Assembly (NCBI GenBank): GCA_964515545.1
Contig: CAZERI010000001.1
Span: 69,625-133,624, forward strand
Length of the DNA stretch: 64,000 bases
Direction: 5' to 3'
Source: an uncultured Gammaproteobacteria bacterium
GTDB taxonomy: Bacteria; Patescibacteriota; Microgenomatia; Levybacterales; UBA12049
The number at the start of each line of letters is the position of its first letter. The first letter of the stretch is position 1. The notes under the pieces are model-generated. The model was not told where the DNA came from and did no database searches. It saw only the letters and a program-made list of their open reading frames with translations. Of this stretch, positions 18,930 through 29,593 are shown one piece after another. The translations under genes were made by a program, and so were the position numbers.

Positions 18930-18946
18930 TAGCCTCAACTACTACT

Positions 18947-21184
18947 ATGGATAAAGCCTACAACTTCAAAGATAAAGAAAAAGAAATCTATACTAATTGG
19001 GAAGAAAAAGGTTATTTTAAGCCTAAGATTGATCCCAAAAAGAAGCCTTTTACCATCGTACTTCCTCCCCCCAATGCCAGTGGCAAGATGCACACAGGGA
19101 ATGTCTTAATGGTTGCGATAGAGGATCTCCTTATTAGATGGCACCGAATGAAAGGGGATCCTACTTTGTGGGTGCCAGGCACAGATCACGCGGGGACTGA
19201 GACGCAGATAACTTTTGAAAGAGAACTAAAAAAACAAGGTAAATCTCGTTTTAATTACAGCAGGGAAGAACTCTATGAAGCTATTTGGGATTTTGTCCAG
19301 AATAATAAAGGACAAATTGAGGGTCAATTACGTCAAATGGGGGCAAGTGTCGACTGGAGTCGTTATACCTTTACTCTGGACGATAAGGTTATCACTACTG
19401 TTCATAATACTTTTAAGAAGATGGTGGAGGAGGAGTTAGTCTATAGAGGCAACTATATGGTTAATTACTGCCCGAAATGCGGTACAACGTATGCAGACGT
19501 TGAATTAAAGCACGAGGAGCGGAAAGATCCCCTGTATTATATGAAGTATGGACCCTTTGTCCTCGCAACTGTCCGGCCTGAAACAAAATTTGGTGATACA
19601 GCGGTAGCAGTTAACCCCAAAGATAAACGATATAAGGAATGGGTTGGGAAAGAGATTGAATTTGATGGGTTGAATGGAATCGTAAAGCTTAAAGTAATCG
19701 CTGATGATTTCGTCGATATGGAATTTGGGACGGGAGTTGTAAAAGTAACACCCGCCCATGATAAAAACGACTATGAAGCTGGAATTAGGCATAACTTAGA
19801 AGTAAAACCAGTCATTGATCTTAATGGCAAGCTTAATGAGAAAGCAGGTCCATATGCAGGTCTCTCAGTTTTTGAGGCTCGTAAGCAAGTAGTAGCAGCT
19901 CTCAAAGAAAAAGGGCTCATGGATCATATTGATGAGCATTACGTTCATACTGTGGCTCTGTGTAAGGCAGGACATGAGATTGAACCAATGGTACTACCTA
20001 ATTGGTTTGTTAAAGTTGATGCACCCCATAAATCTTTTAAGAGACCTGCGTTAGATGCAGTCAAATCAGGGAAAGTGAAGATTTTTCCTAAATGGCAGGA
20101 GATTACGTATGTACGCTGGATGGAGGAGATGCGAGACTGGCCGATTAGTCGCCAAAATGTTTGGGGAATTCGTATTCCTGTGTGGTATTCCCTCGAGAAA
20201 AACCCCACGCTCCAGGTATCGTATCTAAAGAGTGATGGTACGAGAGTTATACGCAGTGGAGAAGAGCTAGTAAAAGAAAATGAATTTGAAGAGGCAGAAA
20301 AAGGACTCCAGAAAATTATTGCTCCAATTGAGTGTGTCCCTGAGTTTGAAAAATCATCCTCCAAGGATCATTATCTTCAAGAAACAGATACGTTTGATAC
20401 GTGGTTCTCCTCAGGACAATGGCCATTAGTTACTCTTGGTTATCCAGACTCAGAGGACTTTAAGTATTTCTACCCAACATCTGTCCTTGAGACAGGATGG
20501 GAGATTATTCGTCTCTGGGTTTCACGTATGATTATGTTTGGAATTTATCTTACAGGAGAGGCTCCATTTGAGTATGTATACCTTCATGGTATTGTACGAG
20601 CGCTTGATGGAAGAAAAATGAGTAAATCATTAGGGAATGTGATTAACCCAGAGGACTATATTAATGAATACGGTGTAGATGCACTTCGAATGGGGCTTAT
20701 CTCAGGTACAGCTAATGGGAAAGACTTTGTTTTCCCTAAAGATCGCGTAATAGCCTACAAACATTTTGGCAACAAAATTTGGAATATGGGGAGATTTATT
20801 CTTATGATGCGTGATCAATGGGGTAAAGAGGTTCCTGAGTTCGCAAAGGTAGAGAGCTCCCAGCTTAAAGATGAAGATAAAGCAGTGCTTGGAGAACTCT
20901 CTACAGTTATTAAGACAGTGGACCTAGAACTCGAAAAGTTCCGTTTTGCTGATGCATCTGAGGCAATTTATCAATTTATGTGGCATACACTTGCTGACAA
21001 GTATATTGAGCAAGTAAAAATGAGAGATGACAAAGAGGTGGCTTTAGCTGTCTTACAACATGTCTATATGACTTCTTTAAAGCTTTTGCATCCTTTTATG
21101 CCTTTTGTCACGGAGGAAATCTATCAGAAGATGCCTGGCTCGGGTGAGTCGATTATGATTGAGCCCTGGCCCACTAATAGCTGA
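18947..21184 (+). CDS. valS: valine--tRNA ligase (compact form, 745 aa)
   Basis: Class I aaRS: PPPNASGKMHTGN (HIGH-like), KMSKSLGN, ValRS-type C-terminal motif LHPFMPFVTEEIYQ. Confidence 0.8.
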   Translation: MDKAYNFKDKEKEIYTNWEEKGYFKPKIDPKKKPFTIVLPPPNASGKMHTGNVLMVAIEDLLIRWHRMKGDPTLWVPGTDHAGTETQITFERELKKQGKSRFNYSREELYEAIWDFVQNNKGQIEGQLRQMGASVDWSRYTFTLDDKVITTVHNTFKKMVEEELVYRGNYMVNYCPKCGTTYADVELKHEERKDPLYYMKYGPFVLATVRPETKFGDTAVAVNPKDKRYKEWVGKEIEFDGLNGIVKLKVIADDFVDMEFGTGVVKVTPAHDKNDYEAGIRHNLEVKPVIDLNGKLNEKAGPYAGLSVFEARKQVVAALKEKGLMDHIDEHYVHTVALCKAGHEIEPMVLPNWFVKVDAPHKSFKRPALDAVKSGKVKIFPKWQEITYVRWMEEMRDWPISRQNVWGIRIPVWYSLEKNPTLQVSYLKSDGTRVIRSGEELVKENEFEEAEKGLQKIIAPIECVPEFEKSSSKDHYLQETDTFDTWFSSGQWPLVTLGYPDSEDFKYFYPTSVLETGWEIIRLWVSRMIMFGIYLTGEAPFEYVYLHGIVRALDGRKMSKSLGNVINPEDYINEYGVDALRMGLISGTANGKDFVFPKDRVIAYKHFGNKIWNMGRFILMMRDQWGKEVPEFAKVESSQLKDEDKAVLGELSTVIKTVDLELEKFRFADASEAIYQFMWHTLADKYIEQVKMRDDKEVALAVLQHVYMTSLKLLHPFMPFVTEEIYQKMPGSGESIMIEPWPTNS

Positions 21185-21229
21185 GGGTGACAAGAAAAAT
21201 AAAATTTACTATGCTTATAGAACCCTGCT

Positions 21230-21631
21230 ATGCCTGATATTAAAAAGTATCTATCTAAATTCCCGAGGATTCCACGATTTATTACCGAATTGCCGAAAAA
21301 TAAGTGGTTTTTCTATAGTAAAATTGCTTGTTTTAGCCTCATTACGACAGTACTCTTAGTTACGATCATCCTTCGGGGGTATGAGTTATTTCAAGGCATT
21401 CAGGTACTTGAGGCAGCGACCACAAAATACGATGATATCGTAAAGGAAAGAGAGTATTGGATAGGTGTAGCTAGCCGTCACCCTGGCTATCGAGACGCTG
21501 AGTTCAAGTTAGCTGTATTGTCTTACCAATTAGGAGAGAAAGATAAGGCCAGAGAGTATTTAAATGAAGTATTAACAATCGATCCGAATTTTAAAGAAGG
21601 AAGAGAGTTTGCCAAGCAAGTAGGACTCTAA
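21230..21631 (+). CDS. membrane-anchored TPR-repeat protein
   Basis: TM helix plus TPR-like LGEKDKAREYLNEVLTIDPNF. Confidence 0.5.
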   Translation: MPDIKKYLSKFPRIPRFITELPKNKWFFYSKIACFSLITTVLLVTIILRGYELFQGIQVLEAATTKYDDIVKEREYWIGVASRHPGYRDAEFKLAVLSYQLGEKDKAREYLNEVLTIDPNFKEGREFAKQVGL

Positions 21632-21634
21632 AGA

Positions 21635-22324
21635 TTACTCAGCTTTTTCCTCAGAAGATTCTTGACTATCACTAGGTTTTTCTTCACTAGATTCACCACT
21701 TTCAGCTGCTTCACCCTCAGGTGTTTCGCCTTCAGCACCTTCTTCTGTTACTGGTTCTGGTTCTTCTTCAACAACAATTTCAGCAATCTTTGCTACGACC
21801 TGTGACTCATCAGTTAGAATAGTTACGCCTTCTGGAACAGTAAGTTCAGAAATCATAATCTGATCGTCTACCTGAGCTAGATTTTCAATATTAACTTCAA
21901 TATTTTCTGGAAGTGCCTCAGGAAGTGCTTCTACCTCTACTTCATTGAGAGTCTGGAGAAGAGTACCTACATTCTCAGTAACAGCTTTTGCTTCACCAGC
22001 GAGAACAAGAGGTACCATAGCTTTAACTTTTTCTTTCAAGTTAACCTCATAGAAGTCTACATGAAGAGGAGTACTGGATGCATAATTCATTTGGAGGTTC
22101 TTAACAAGAACGGGATGCTTTTTCTCTCCCACCATCAGGTCAATAAGGCCAGTTTCTCCTACCTCAGAAAATACTTCTTTAAAATCATTGCTTGCTACCT
22201 GGATTGATGTGGAAGCCAAGCCCTTACCATAGACATTGGCTGGAAGTTGGCCTTCACGACGGAGTTTTTTAACTTGCTTGCCAAGGACTGTGCGGGGAGT
22301 TGCGTTAAGTACTGGGTGTTTCAT
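21635..22324 (-). CDS. rplY: 50S ribosomal protein L25 / general stress protein Ctc with acidic C-terminal tail
   Basis: N-terminal L25 fold signature (RTVLGKQVKKLRREGQLPANVYGKG...). Glu-rich tail. Confidence 0.8.
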   Translation of the reverse strand: MKHPVLNATPRTVLGKQVKKLRREGQLPANVYGKGLASTSIQVASNDFKEVFSEVGETGLIDLMVGEKKHPVLVKNLQMNYASSTPLHVDFYEVNLKEKVKAMVPLVLAGEAKAVTENVGTLLQTLNEVEVEALPEALPENIEVNIENLAQVDDQIMISELTVPEGVTILTDESQVVAKIAEIVVEEEPEPVTEEGAEGETPEGEAAESGESSEEKPSDSQESSEEKAE

Positions 22325-22449
22325 GTGTTTTAAATAGTACAGGACATAGAAGATCTACGTCCATGCATTACATATTACGCAAGTATAAACTAAATTGCAA
22401 CCCCTGTCAAACTATAGGGTTAATCGAGGTGTGCTAGTATAGAAAAAGT

Positions 22450-22941
22450 ATGCGGATTTTAGGAATAGATCCAGGCCTGGGGAGACTAGGATGGGGTGTA
22501 ATTGACACCCAGGGGTTAAAGAATATCCCACAAGGCTTTGGTTGTATTGAAACAGAGGCAAAATTACCTGAAGAACAGAGAATAAAGCAGGTATTTGATG
22601 GATTACAGGAAATTGTTCAGAGATATCATCCAGAGGTAGTCTCTTTGGAAGAGCTATTTTTCAGCCGTAATGTAACGACTGCATTTATGGTCGGCCAAGC
22701 CAGAGGGGTAGTACTTCTCATTGCTGCCCAGCACAATCTTCCCATTGCTTCCTATAATCCGGCTCAAGTTAAATTAGCGGTAACAGGGTATGGTAAAGCA
22801 GATAAGAAGCAGATTAGCCAGATGGTAAAAGTTATTTTAAAGCTAGATAAAATGCCCCGGCTTGATGATACCACTGATGCCCTTGCTATAGCCCTCACCC
22901 ATGCTTTCACAGGTAAAATAAGCGAGGATATAGTGAAGTAA
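22450..22941 (+). CDS. ruvC: crossover junction endodeoxyribonuclease RuvC
   Basis: MRILGIDPGLGRLGWGVID and a conserved acidic catalytic residue pattern. Confidence 0.9.
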   Translation: MRILGIDPGLGRLGWGVIDTQGLKNIPQGFGCIETEAKLPEEQRIKQVFDGLQEIVQRYHPEVVSLEELFFSRNVTTAFMVGQARGVVLLIAAQHNLPIASYNPAQVKLAVTGYGKADKKQISQMVKVILKLDKMPRLDDTTDALAIALTHAFTGKISEDIVK

Positions 22942-22980
22942 TAAATTGTCAGAGATGCTATAATCATCTGACTTTCCTCT

Positions 22981-23556
22981 ATGATAGGCATGCTCCGCGG
23001 TACTATTGCTCTTAAAAATGCTCCCTCACTTATTCTTGATGTTTCTGGAGTTGGATATAAAGTCTTTGTTCCTCATAGCCTGCTTACTAATTCCTCGGTG
23101 GGGGACTCCCTTACTCTCTATATCCATACCTACGTCAGGGATGATGCTTTAGAGCTCTACGGATTTTTATCTGGTGAAGATTTAAAACTGTTTGAAATGC
23201 TGATTAGTGTCTCAGGAGTAGGGTGTAAATCTGCTTTAGGTGTTTTTTCTGTTGGAAATCGCAGCAGTATTGTTAATGCTGTTATTACAGGAGACGTAGG
23301 CTTTTTTACAACTGTTCCTCGACTTGGCAAGAAAAATGGTCAGAAGATTATTATTGAGTTAAAAAATAAGCTTGGCGGAGTTGAAGATTTAGATCTATCC
23401 TCAGGTGAGAGTACAGAACAGCAAGAGGCAATTACTGCTCTCCAAAGCTTTGGTTATAGTCATCACGAGGCAGAGCTTGCAATAAGTGGATTAAAAGGTG
23501 AGAATTTGAAGACTGAAGATATGGTTCGTCAAGCACTCAAGGCTTTGGGTAAATAG
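22981..23556 (+). CDS. ruvA: Holliday junction DNA helicase RuvA
   Basis: MIGMLRGTI...[12 protein letters not shown]-terminal OB domain plus HhH domain. Confidence 0.85.
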   Translation: MIGMLRGTIALKNAPSLILDVSGVGYKVFVPHSLLTNSSVGDSLTLYIHTYVRDDALELYGFLSGEDLKLFEMLISVSGVGCKSALGVFSVGNRSSIVNAVITGDVGFFTTVPRLGKKNGQKIIIELKNKLGGVEDLDLSSGESTEQQEAITALQSFGYSHHEAELAISGLKGENLKTEDMVRQALKALGK

Positions 23557-23557
23557 T

Positions 23558-24589
23558 ATGGATACAGCACTCGTTAGATCAGAATTAGATGAAAAGTCTC
23601 CTGAAGAAGAAGTAATATTTACTTCCCTTAGAGCTAGCAGTTGGCAGGAGTTTCATGGTCAAGAGGGTATCAAAAAATCCGTCAAGATCGCGATCGAAGC
23701 AGCGAAGAAGCGCAGTGAGGCATTAGAGCATGTTCTGCTGTACGGGCCTCCTGGTCTGGGAAAGACTACTCTTTCTCATATTATTGCCCGTGAAATGGGA
23801 AGCAATATTCGGGTAACATCAGGTCCTGCCATTGAAAGAGCAGGAGATTTAGCCTCAATTTTGACTAATCTAGAAAAAGGAGATGTTCTCTTTATCGATG
23901 AGATTCATCGGCTGAATAAAGTTGTCGAAGAGACTCTTTATCCAGCGATGGAGGATTACGCCTTAGACATTATTTTAGGGAAAGGGCCATCTGCGAGGAC
24001 GTTACGATTAGATCTTCCCCAATTTACGATTGTAGGCGCTACAACAAGGGTAGGGCTTATAGCAGCTCCTCTGCGGGATCGTTTTGGTGTGGTTCATAGG
24101 CTTAATTTTTACTCGCCAGAAGAATTAAGCGATATCATTAAAAAAGCTGCCAGTAAGCTTAGTGTTACGATTGATAAAGAAAGTATTCAGGAAATTGCTA
24201 TACGTGCACGTGGGACGCCACGTATTGCTCTTAAGCTCCTTAAACGAGTGAGAGACTATGCTCAGGTGCATAATGATGGGAAAGTAACTCAGAATGTCAC
24301 TACAGAGGCTCTAAGCCTTCTTGAAATTGATACGTTGGGACTAGATCCGTTGGATAAGAAATACTTACTAGCCATTATTGAAAAGCACAGTGGCGGTCCG
24401 GTGGGTATTGAGACTATTGCCTCAACCATCGCTGAGGATATCGGAACACTTGAGGATATGGTCGAGCCGTATTTGCTCCAGGTCGGCTTTCTTAAGCGGT
24501 CTCCACGAGGAAGAGTAGCTACCTCTCTTGCCTATAAGCATTTAGGTCTCGATATTCCGCCTTCATCTGATCAGCAGCCTCTACTTTAA
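23558..24589 (+). CDS. ruvB: Holliday junction DNA helicase RuvB
   Basis: [18 protein letters not shown] Walker A. AAA+. RuvB-specific C-terminal winged helix. Confidence 0.95.
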   Translation: MDTALVRSELDEKSPEEEVIFTSLRASSWQEFHGQEGIKKSVKIAIEAAKKRSEALEHVLLYGPPGLGKTTLSHIIAREMGSNIRVTSGPAIERAGDLASILTNLEKGDVLFIDEIHRLNKVVEETLYPAMEDYALDIILGKGPSARTLRLDLPQFTIVGATTRVGLIAAPLRDRFGVVHRLNFYSPEELSDIIKKAASKLSVTIDKESIQEIAIRARGTPRIALKLLKRVRDYAQVHNDGKVTQNVTTEALSLLEIDTLGLDPLDKKYLLAIIEKHSGGPVGIETIASTIAEDIGTLEDMVEPYLLQVGFLKRSPRGRVATSLAYKHLGLDIPPSSDQQPLL

Positions 24590-26947
24590 TCCGATTTTAA
24601 ATAACTCTTGGGTAAAAGGAAGAAGAGTAATTATTCCTTGAACAAGAAGTGTAAGAAAAATCGTGGTGAGAAAGAAAGGAGAGATTGTCCGTAATGATCT
24701 GCCCCGGATAAGAAGTGCTAGGCCAAGGTGAGAGAGAACAAGTCCATTAAAAATAATAGTTCTTGCCAGAGTTGAGCTCACTATATCTAGCAGGAGAACG
24801 TAGATCAAACCAAGGAGAAGAGCAAGTCCTAGGCCTCCACCTACTATTTTCCCTAGTCGCTTAGTGGTAATAAGAGGCAGTTTGGTATTTCGGGGTGGTT
24901 TACTCAGGACTGCGTGTGAAGTAGAATCAGTGGCAAGGCCCAGGGCAGGAAAGCCATCTGTTGCTAGATTAATCCATAAAATTTGTGTAGGGAGAAGCAC
25001 AGCAGGCAGATTTAGTATTGTTGAGAAGATAACCAGGGCAAGTTCTGAAAGATTACTCATTAACAGATAAAGAATTGCCTGGAGAATATTGTGATAAATG
25101 GTACGTCCTTCCTCAATTGCTCTCACAATAGTGTGAAAATTATCATCAGTTACGATAATATCGCTTGCTTCTTTAGCAACGTCAGTCCCCGATTCCCCCA
25201 TAGCAATTCCTACGTGAGCTTTTTTTAGGACAAGAGCGTCATTAACTCCATCTCCTGTCACTCCTACAATAAAACCTTGTTTTTCAAGAAGTGTGGCAAT
25301 ACGAAGTTTGTCTTCAGGTTCTGAACGAGCGATAATTTGGACTTTACTCAGGTCTCGAATTAATTGATCATCAGAGAGAGCTTTTAGTTCCTCTCCTGTT
25401 ATTACCTCTTGAGAGGTCTCAAGAAGGCCTATCTCTTTAGCGATAGTAAGAGCAGTCAGCTCATTGTCACCAGTTACCATAATTGTTCTAATTCCTGCTT
25501 TATGTGCTTGGCTTATAGCTAAGCTTACTTCTTCTCGAGGAGGATCATATAGTCCAGCAAAGCCAAGGAAGGTTAGTTCTCTTTCTTGCTCTTCTCTAGC
25601 AGCTTTTTGGGAGGAGAGACCACTGCGGTAGCCAAAAGCAATAACCCTTAGGCCCTCTCGAGCAAACTTCTCATATTCTTTTTCAATTTCTTGCCTTTCA
25701 TCTTTTGAGAGTATTGATCGGTTTATAATTGCTTCTGGTGCTCCTCTAACAAAAATTGAGCGTTTATTATTACCTTCCCAAACCGTTGAGATTGTTTTGG
25801 CAGTTGCATCAAAGACAAATTCATCAATAATTTTCCCTTCTTTAATAAGAGAGGGAAGTTCAGGATGATTCTCCCCAACCCAGATGAGGAGGGCTCCATC
25901 TGTACGATCACCCAGAATATCAATTTTTCCGTCTTCTTTCTTGGATATTGTTGCAGTATTTCCTAAGAGTGCAGCCTGAAGCATCTCAGTTGGAACCTTT
26001 CCATTTTTAGTCCAAATATGTTTTACCCGCATGTTATTTTGGGTGAGCGTACCTGTCTTATCAACGAGGAGAACATTAATTGCTCCTAGTGTCTCAACAG
26101 CTTGCATTTTCCTCACGATTGCCTTTTTATGAGCTAATCGATTTGTTCCAATGGCGAGAGCAATAGTGAGAACAAGAGGTAATCCTTCAGGAATTGCTGC
26201 AACTGCAATACTCACAGCAGTTAGAATAACCGTTGTCTGGGGATGTCCTTGCCAAAGCCCGATAGGAATAATAAGTGTTGCAATAGCGAGTGCAAGGAAG
26301 GTAAGGAGTTTACCTAGGTGGGAAAGCTGTCTCTCAAGAGGGGTTTTACCAACAGAAATAGTTGTCAGAGTCTGCGCAATTTGGCCAAAGCGTGTCTTAG
26401 CTCCAGTTTTCTCAATTAAAAGAGTACCATTGCCTTTAGTAACAAGGGTCCCCATAAGACAAAGTGTATTCAACTCTTTATTAACAGGCAGAGATTCCCC
26501 TGTAAATGCAGACTCATCAACTTCAAAAGTAGTGGCCTTAATCAGTTTTCCGTCTGCAGGGATCCTATCGCCCTCAGCTACGATGACTACATCTCCCGGT
26601 ACCAACTGGCTGGCAGCGATTGATTTTTCTTCATGATCACGGATAACTCGTACCTGATGGGGGGTATAGGTTACTAATGCTTGGAGTGATTTTTCTGCTT
26701 TGTATTCCTGGATAAAGCTAAAAATACCATTAAGGAGTATAGTTACAAGAATAAAGATTCCATCAATTACATCGCTAAAGAAAAATGAAAAAATTGCTGC
26801 TGCGAGCAATAAGCCATTCATGAGGGAGGGGAACTGTTGAATAAGGAGGAGAAGAGGAGTCTTGTCAGCGTGGAGGGGAAGGGTATTGGGACCTTCTTGG
26901 GAAAGACGTAGTCTCGCTTCCTCTGTTCTTAATCCAGGGGCAGTCAT
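24581..26947 (-). CDS. P-type cation-transporting ATPase (type II-like, 788 aa)
   Basis: DKTGTLTQN phosphorylation motif, VTGDGVNDA hinge motif, 8-10 TM helices. Confidence 0.9.
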   Translation of the reverse strand: MTAPGLRTEEARLRLSQEGPNTLPLHADKTPLLLLIQQFPSLMNGLLLAAAIFSFFFSDVIDGIFILVTILLNGIFSFIQEYKAEKSLQALVTYTPHQVRVIRDHEEKSIAASQLVPGDVVIVAEGDRIPADGKLIKATTFEVDESAFTGESLPVNKELNTLCLMGTLVTKGNGTLLIEKTGAKTRFGQIAQTLTTISVGKTPLERQLSHLGKLLTFLALAIATLIIPIGLWQGHPQTTVILTAVSIAVAAIPEGLPLVLTIALAIGTNRLAHKKAIVRKMQAVETLGAINVLLVDKTGTLTQNNMRVKHIWTKNGKVPTEMLQAALLGNTATISKKEDGKIDILGDRTDGALLIWVGENHPELPSLIKEGKIIDEFVFDATAKTISTVWEGNNKRSIFVRGAPEAIINRSILSKDERQEIEKEYEKFAREGLRVIAFGYRSGLSSQKAAREEQERELTFLGFAGLYDPPREEVSLAISQAHKAGIRTIMVTGDNELTALTIAKEIGLLETSQEVITGEELKALSDDQLIRDLSKVQIIARSEPEDKLRIATLLEKQGFIVGVTGDGVNDALVLKKAHVGIAMGESGTDVAKEASDIIVTDDNFHTIVRAIEEGRTIYHNILQAILYLLMSNLSELALVIFSTILNLPAVLLPTQILWINLATDGFPALGLATDSTSHAVLSKPPRNTKLPLITTKRLGKIVGGGLGLALLLGLIYVLLLDIVSSTLARTIIFNGLVLSHLGLALLIRGRSLRTISPFFLTTIFLTLLVQGIITLLPFTQELFKIGLK

Positions 26948-26964
26948 TAGGCTATTTTAGCAAA

Positions 26965-28761
26965 TTAGCGTTGGCATGTGGCAGTGAATTGCTTGCTATA
27001 GCTTTCAGCAGCAGGGTTATTAGTTTGCGTATAAAGAACTGCTAGTGTGCGAAGAGTAGAGCAATCATGGGGAGTGCGTGCAAGAAGCTGGTGGAGAACT
27101 CTTTCAAGCTGAGGGAAAGCGCCAATAATACTATAAAAATGTCCAAACTGTCTCAGGCCGTTCTCGTTGTGGGGCAAGACAAGGGATTTGTGGACGACGT
27201 CAATGCCATAGTTTTGAATAAGCAGGGCATTCTCAGGAGAATTCTTAACAAGGATAAGCATAGTGCTATCCAAATACACAGTACTCCAGCTTGAATTACT
27301 AATAATAGATTTTATGAATTGCTCTCCCCAAGGGGTTTGGTCTGTATGAGAAAATATAATGCTATTGAAGTGATATTGCTGAGCGACTTTATTAAATAGT
27401 GCAGGGTCTTCTTGCATTTTGATGTAGGTATCCTGAATAAATGAGGCAGGATATGCTTCAGGCCTCCCATCAATAAAGACTTTTTCCTGCGGGTAAAGCC
27501 TATATTCAATATAACTTCCAATATCAAAATTATTGAAAATTGGGCCCTTAATATTATGTGAAATGGCAAAATCTAATGCATTTTTCCCTCCTTCTTCGAC
27601 TCCATACTGTAGGGGGATAAGCGAATGAATAGTTTTTACTTGCCATATAAAAAAGCTGAGAAGTAAAAGCCAAAGAGTGAGCAAGTAAATAGGAGGTCTA
27701 CTTTTCATCCACTTCATTATTGGCTCTAGAGCTCTATTGAACGCAAGACTTGCGGGGATAAAAGTAGCAAAGACAAAAAGAGGGAAATTTCTTACCGCAG
27801 AAAGGGCAATAATTGTGAAGACAATGCTAAGTAACCAATCAATGATAAAGGTCTTTTTCCAGGAAATAAAGAGTGAAACAAAAAGAAGTGCCAGAGAGAT
27901 TTCAAGATAGAAAAAAGAAGGTTTGAGAAACCCTAAGCTCTGAAGAAGAAATGGTGTTTGGTTTTCCTCGATCGTGTAACCATAATTCTGAAAAACTTTC
28001 AAAGGATAGAGCGCACCTTCGAGGAAATGAGGATTAAGAAGCGTTATCCCTCCCATGGCTAAAAAAACAAAGAAAAGAGTCTTGGTATGGGTATTGAGGA
28101 GGTTTTTGCGATGGAGGATCACCTCGTCAACGAGAAAAAGTAAGGTGATAAGGAGTCCAATAGGAAAGTAGATATGCATATTCACCCAGAGCAGCTGGAG
28201 AGGGATAAGAAAATAAATAAATCTGGTAAATTTTCGATGAAATGAATAAAGGATCGTTACCATAAGGGATAGAAAAAGAAAACTAAATAGCTCAGGTCGA
28301 AGATCTGTGCGTTCAAAAAGAATTCGTAAGTATAGGAGAGCTACAAAAACGAGGGGAATACTTGCTGTTTTCCTGGCAGAGTAAAGAAAAATTACTGTAC
28401 AAGCAGTACCTATGATAAAAAGAGATAGAATGAAGAGTCCCACGTTACCACTCAATGACTTGATAAGATAAAACACGACTTCAGAACCCCAATGGTGGTT
28501 AATAAAAGTGAAAGTAGGGTAGGTGTAGGAAAAGAGGTTAATTTCTGGAACAGAAAATGTTTGTACGATAATCTGTCCAGTTAAAAGATGCCTTCCCAAG
28601 TCTTGATTGTAGGCAGTAATGGGGTGGAAAAACCCCATCACAAGGATGATAAGAGGTAATAAATAGAGTAAGCGGGAAAGCATACTGAATCTAGTATGAA
28701 TCAAAAACAGTTTTGGCGATACTCCCGATTGTTTGTTTAGTCGTTTCCTCATCAGATCCAA
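26965..28761 (-). CDS. polytopic membrane protein with a C-terminal soluble domain, possibly a GT-C-type glycosyltransferase. Alternative start at 28683 avoids overlap with the upstream gene
   Basis: About 11 TM helices followed by an approx. 200-aa hydrophilic domain. No definitive motif. Confidence 0.4.
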   Translation of the reverse strand: MDLMRKRLNKQSGVSPKLFLIHTRFSMLSRLLYLLPLIILVMGFFHPITAYNQDLGRHLLTGQIIVQTFSVPEINLFSYTYPTFTFINHHWGSEVVFYLIKSLSGNVGLFILSLFIIGTACTVIFLYSARKTASIPLVFVALLYLRILFERTDLRPELFSFLFLSLMVTILYSFHRKFTRFIYFLIPLQLLWVNMHIYFPIGLLITLLFLVDEVILHRKNLLNTHTKTLFFVFLAMGGITLLNPHFLEGALYPLKVFQNYGYTIEENQTPFLLQSLGFLKPSFFYLEISLALLFVSLFISWKKTFIIDWLLSIVFTIIALSAVRNFPLFVFATFIPASLAFNRALEPIMKWMKSRPPIYLLTLWLLLLSFFIWQVKTIHSLIPLQYGVEEGGKNALDFAISHNIKGPIFNNFDIGSYIEYRLYPQEKVFIDGRPEAYPASFIQDTYIKMQEDPALFNKVAQQYHFNSIIFSHTDQTPWGEQFIKSIISNSSWSTVYLDSTMLILVKNSPENALLIQNYGIDVVHKSLVLPHNENGLRQFGHFYSIIGAFPQLERVLHQLLARTPHDCSTLRTLAVLYTQTNNPAAESYSKQFTATCQR

Positions 28762-29533
28762 TATCTGAAGTGAGGACTCCTAGGAAAAAGACATGGTTAT
28801 TTTTAACAATTATGCCTACGTCATGCAGGAAACCTACTCCATCTCCTGTTTTATGTTCGACAAGTGTAGAACTCGGAAGGAGAGCAGGGAGTCTATCCTC
28901 GATATCAGTATGAGTCATAAAGCTTAGCATCTCTTTTGTTTTGCCGGGTGTGGTTATTTCATTGTTGTAGATTTTCTTAAAAAGAATAGCCATATCAGAA
29001 CTTGTCGTTTGATTATTTCCCATATCAGTTTGAGTCATCCCCCACGAGGTAATTATTTCCTGGATAGTATCCATACCAACCTTATCAGCGAGGATATGGG
29101 CAGCTGTGTTGTCTGATTGTTGGAGCGTTAACTTAATAAGACTTTTTAAGGAGTAGGTTGTCCCTGGTTTTTGATAACGCAGACTGCCTGTTCCATAATC
29201 TTGGATATCACTCTCTTGGAGAGTAATCTGATCATTAAAGTTAATCTTTCCGTGATTCTCTAAGTCATATAATGCAGCAATAATAGGGACTTTATTGACG
29301 GAGGCAGCTGTCATCATCATCGTGTCATTTATCCCGAATGTCTTACCAGTGGTAAGGTCAAGGTAGGTTATACCATAGTTGCCCTTTTTGCCTGCAATAA
29401 CTTTTTCGACTTTTTGCTTTACATCAGTTGCATCGGGTATGTGTTCTTCTGAAAAATTGGGGAGGAAAGAAAGATTACGACCTGCCAAAAGGAGGATAAA
29501 GCTATAAATAATAACGGTTGTGAGCTTACGCAT
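28691..29533 (-). CDS. secreted class A beta-lactamase-like serine hydrolase
   Basis: Signal peptide. SVNK (SxxK), SDN and KTG motifs at class A spacing. Confidence 0.7.
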   Translation of the reverse strand: MRKLTTVIIYSFILLLAGRNLSFLPNFSEEHIPDATDVKQKVEKVIAGKKGNYGITYLDLTTGKTFGINDTMMMTAASVNKVPIIAALYDLENHGKINFNDQITLQESDIQDYGTGSLRYQKPGTTYSLKSLIKLTLQQSDNTAAHILADKVGMDTIQEIITSWGMTQTDMGNNQTTSSDMAILFKKIYNNEITTPGKTKEMLSFMTHTDIEDRLPALLPSSTLVEHKTGDGVGFLHDVGIIVKNNHVFFLGVLTSDIGSDEETTKQTIGSIAKTVFDSY

Positions 29534-29593
29534 AAAGGGTAGGAAATTCTATACTAAGCAATTCTTAAGGAGCCTGTCAAACTCATTGATACC

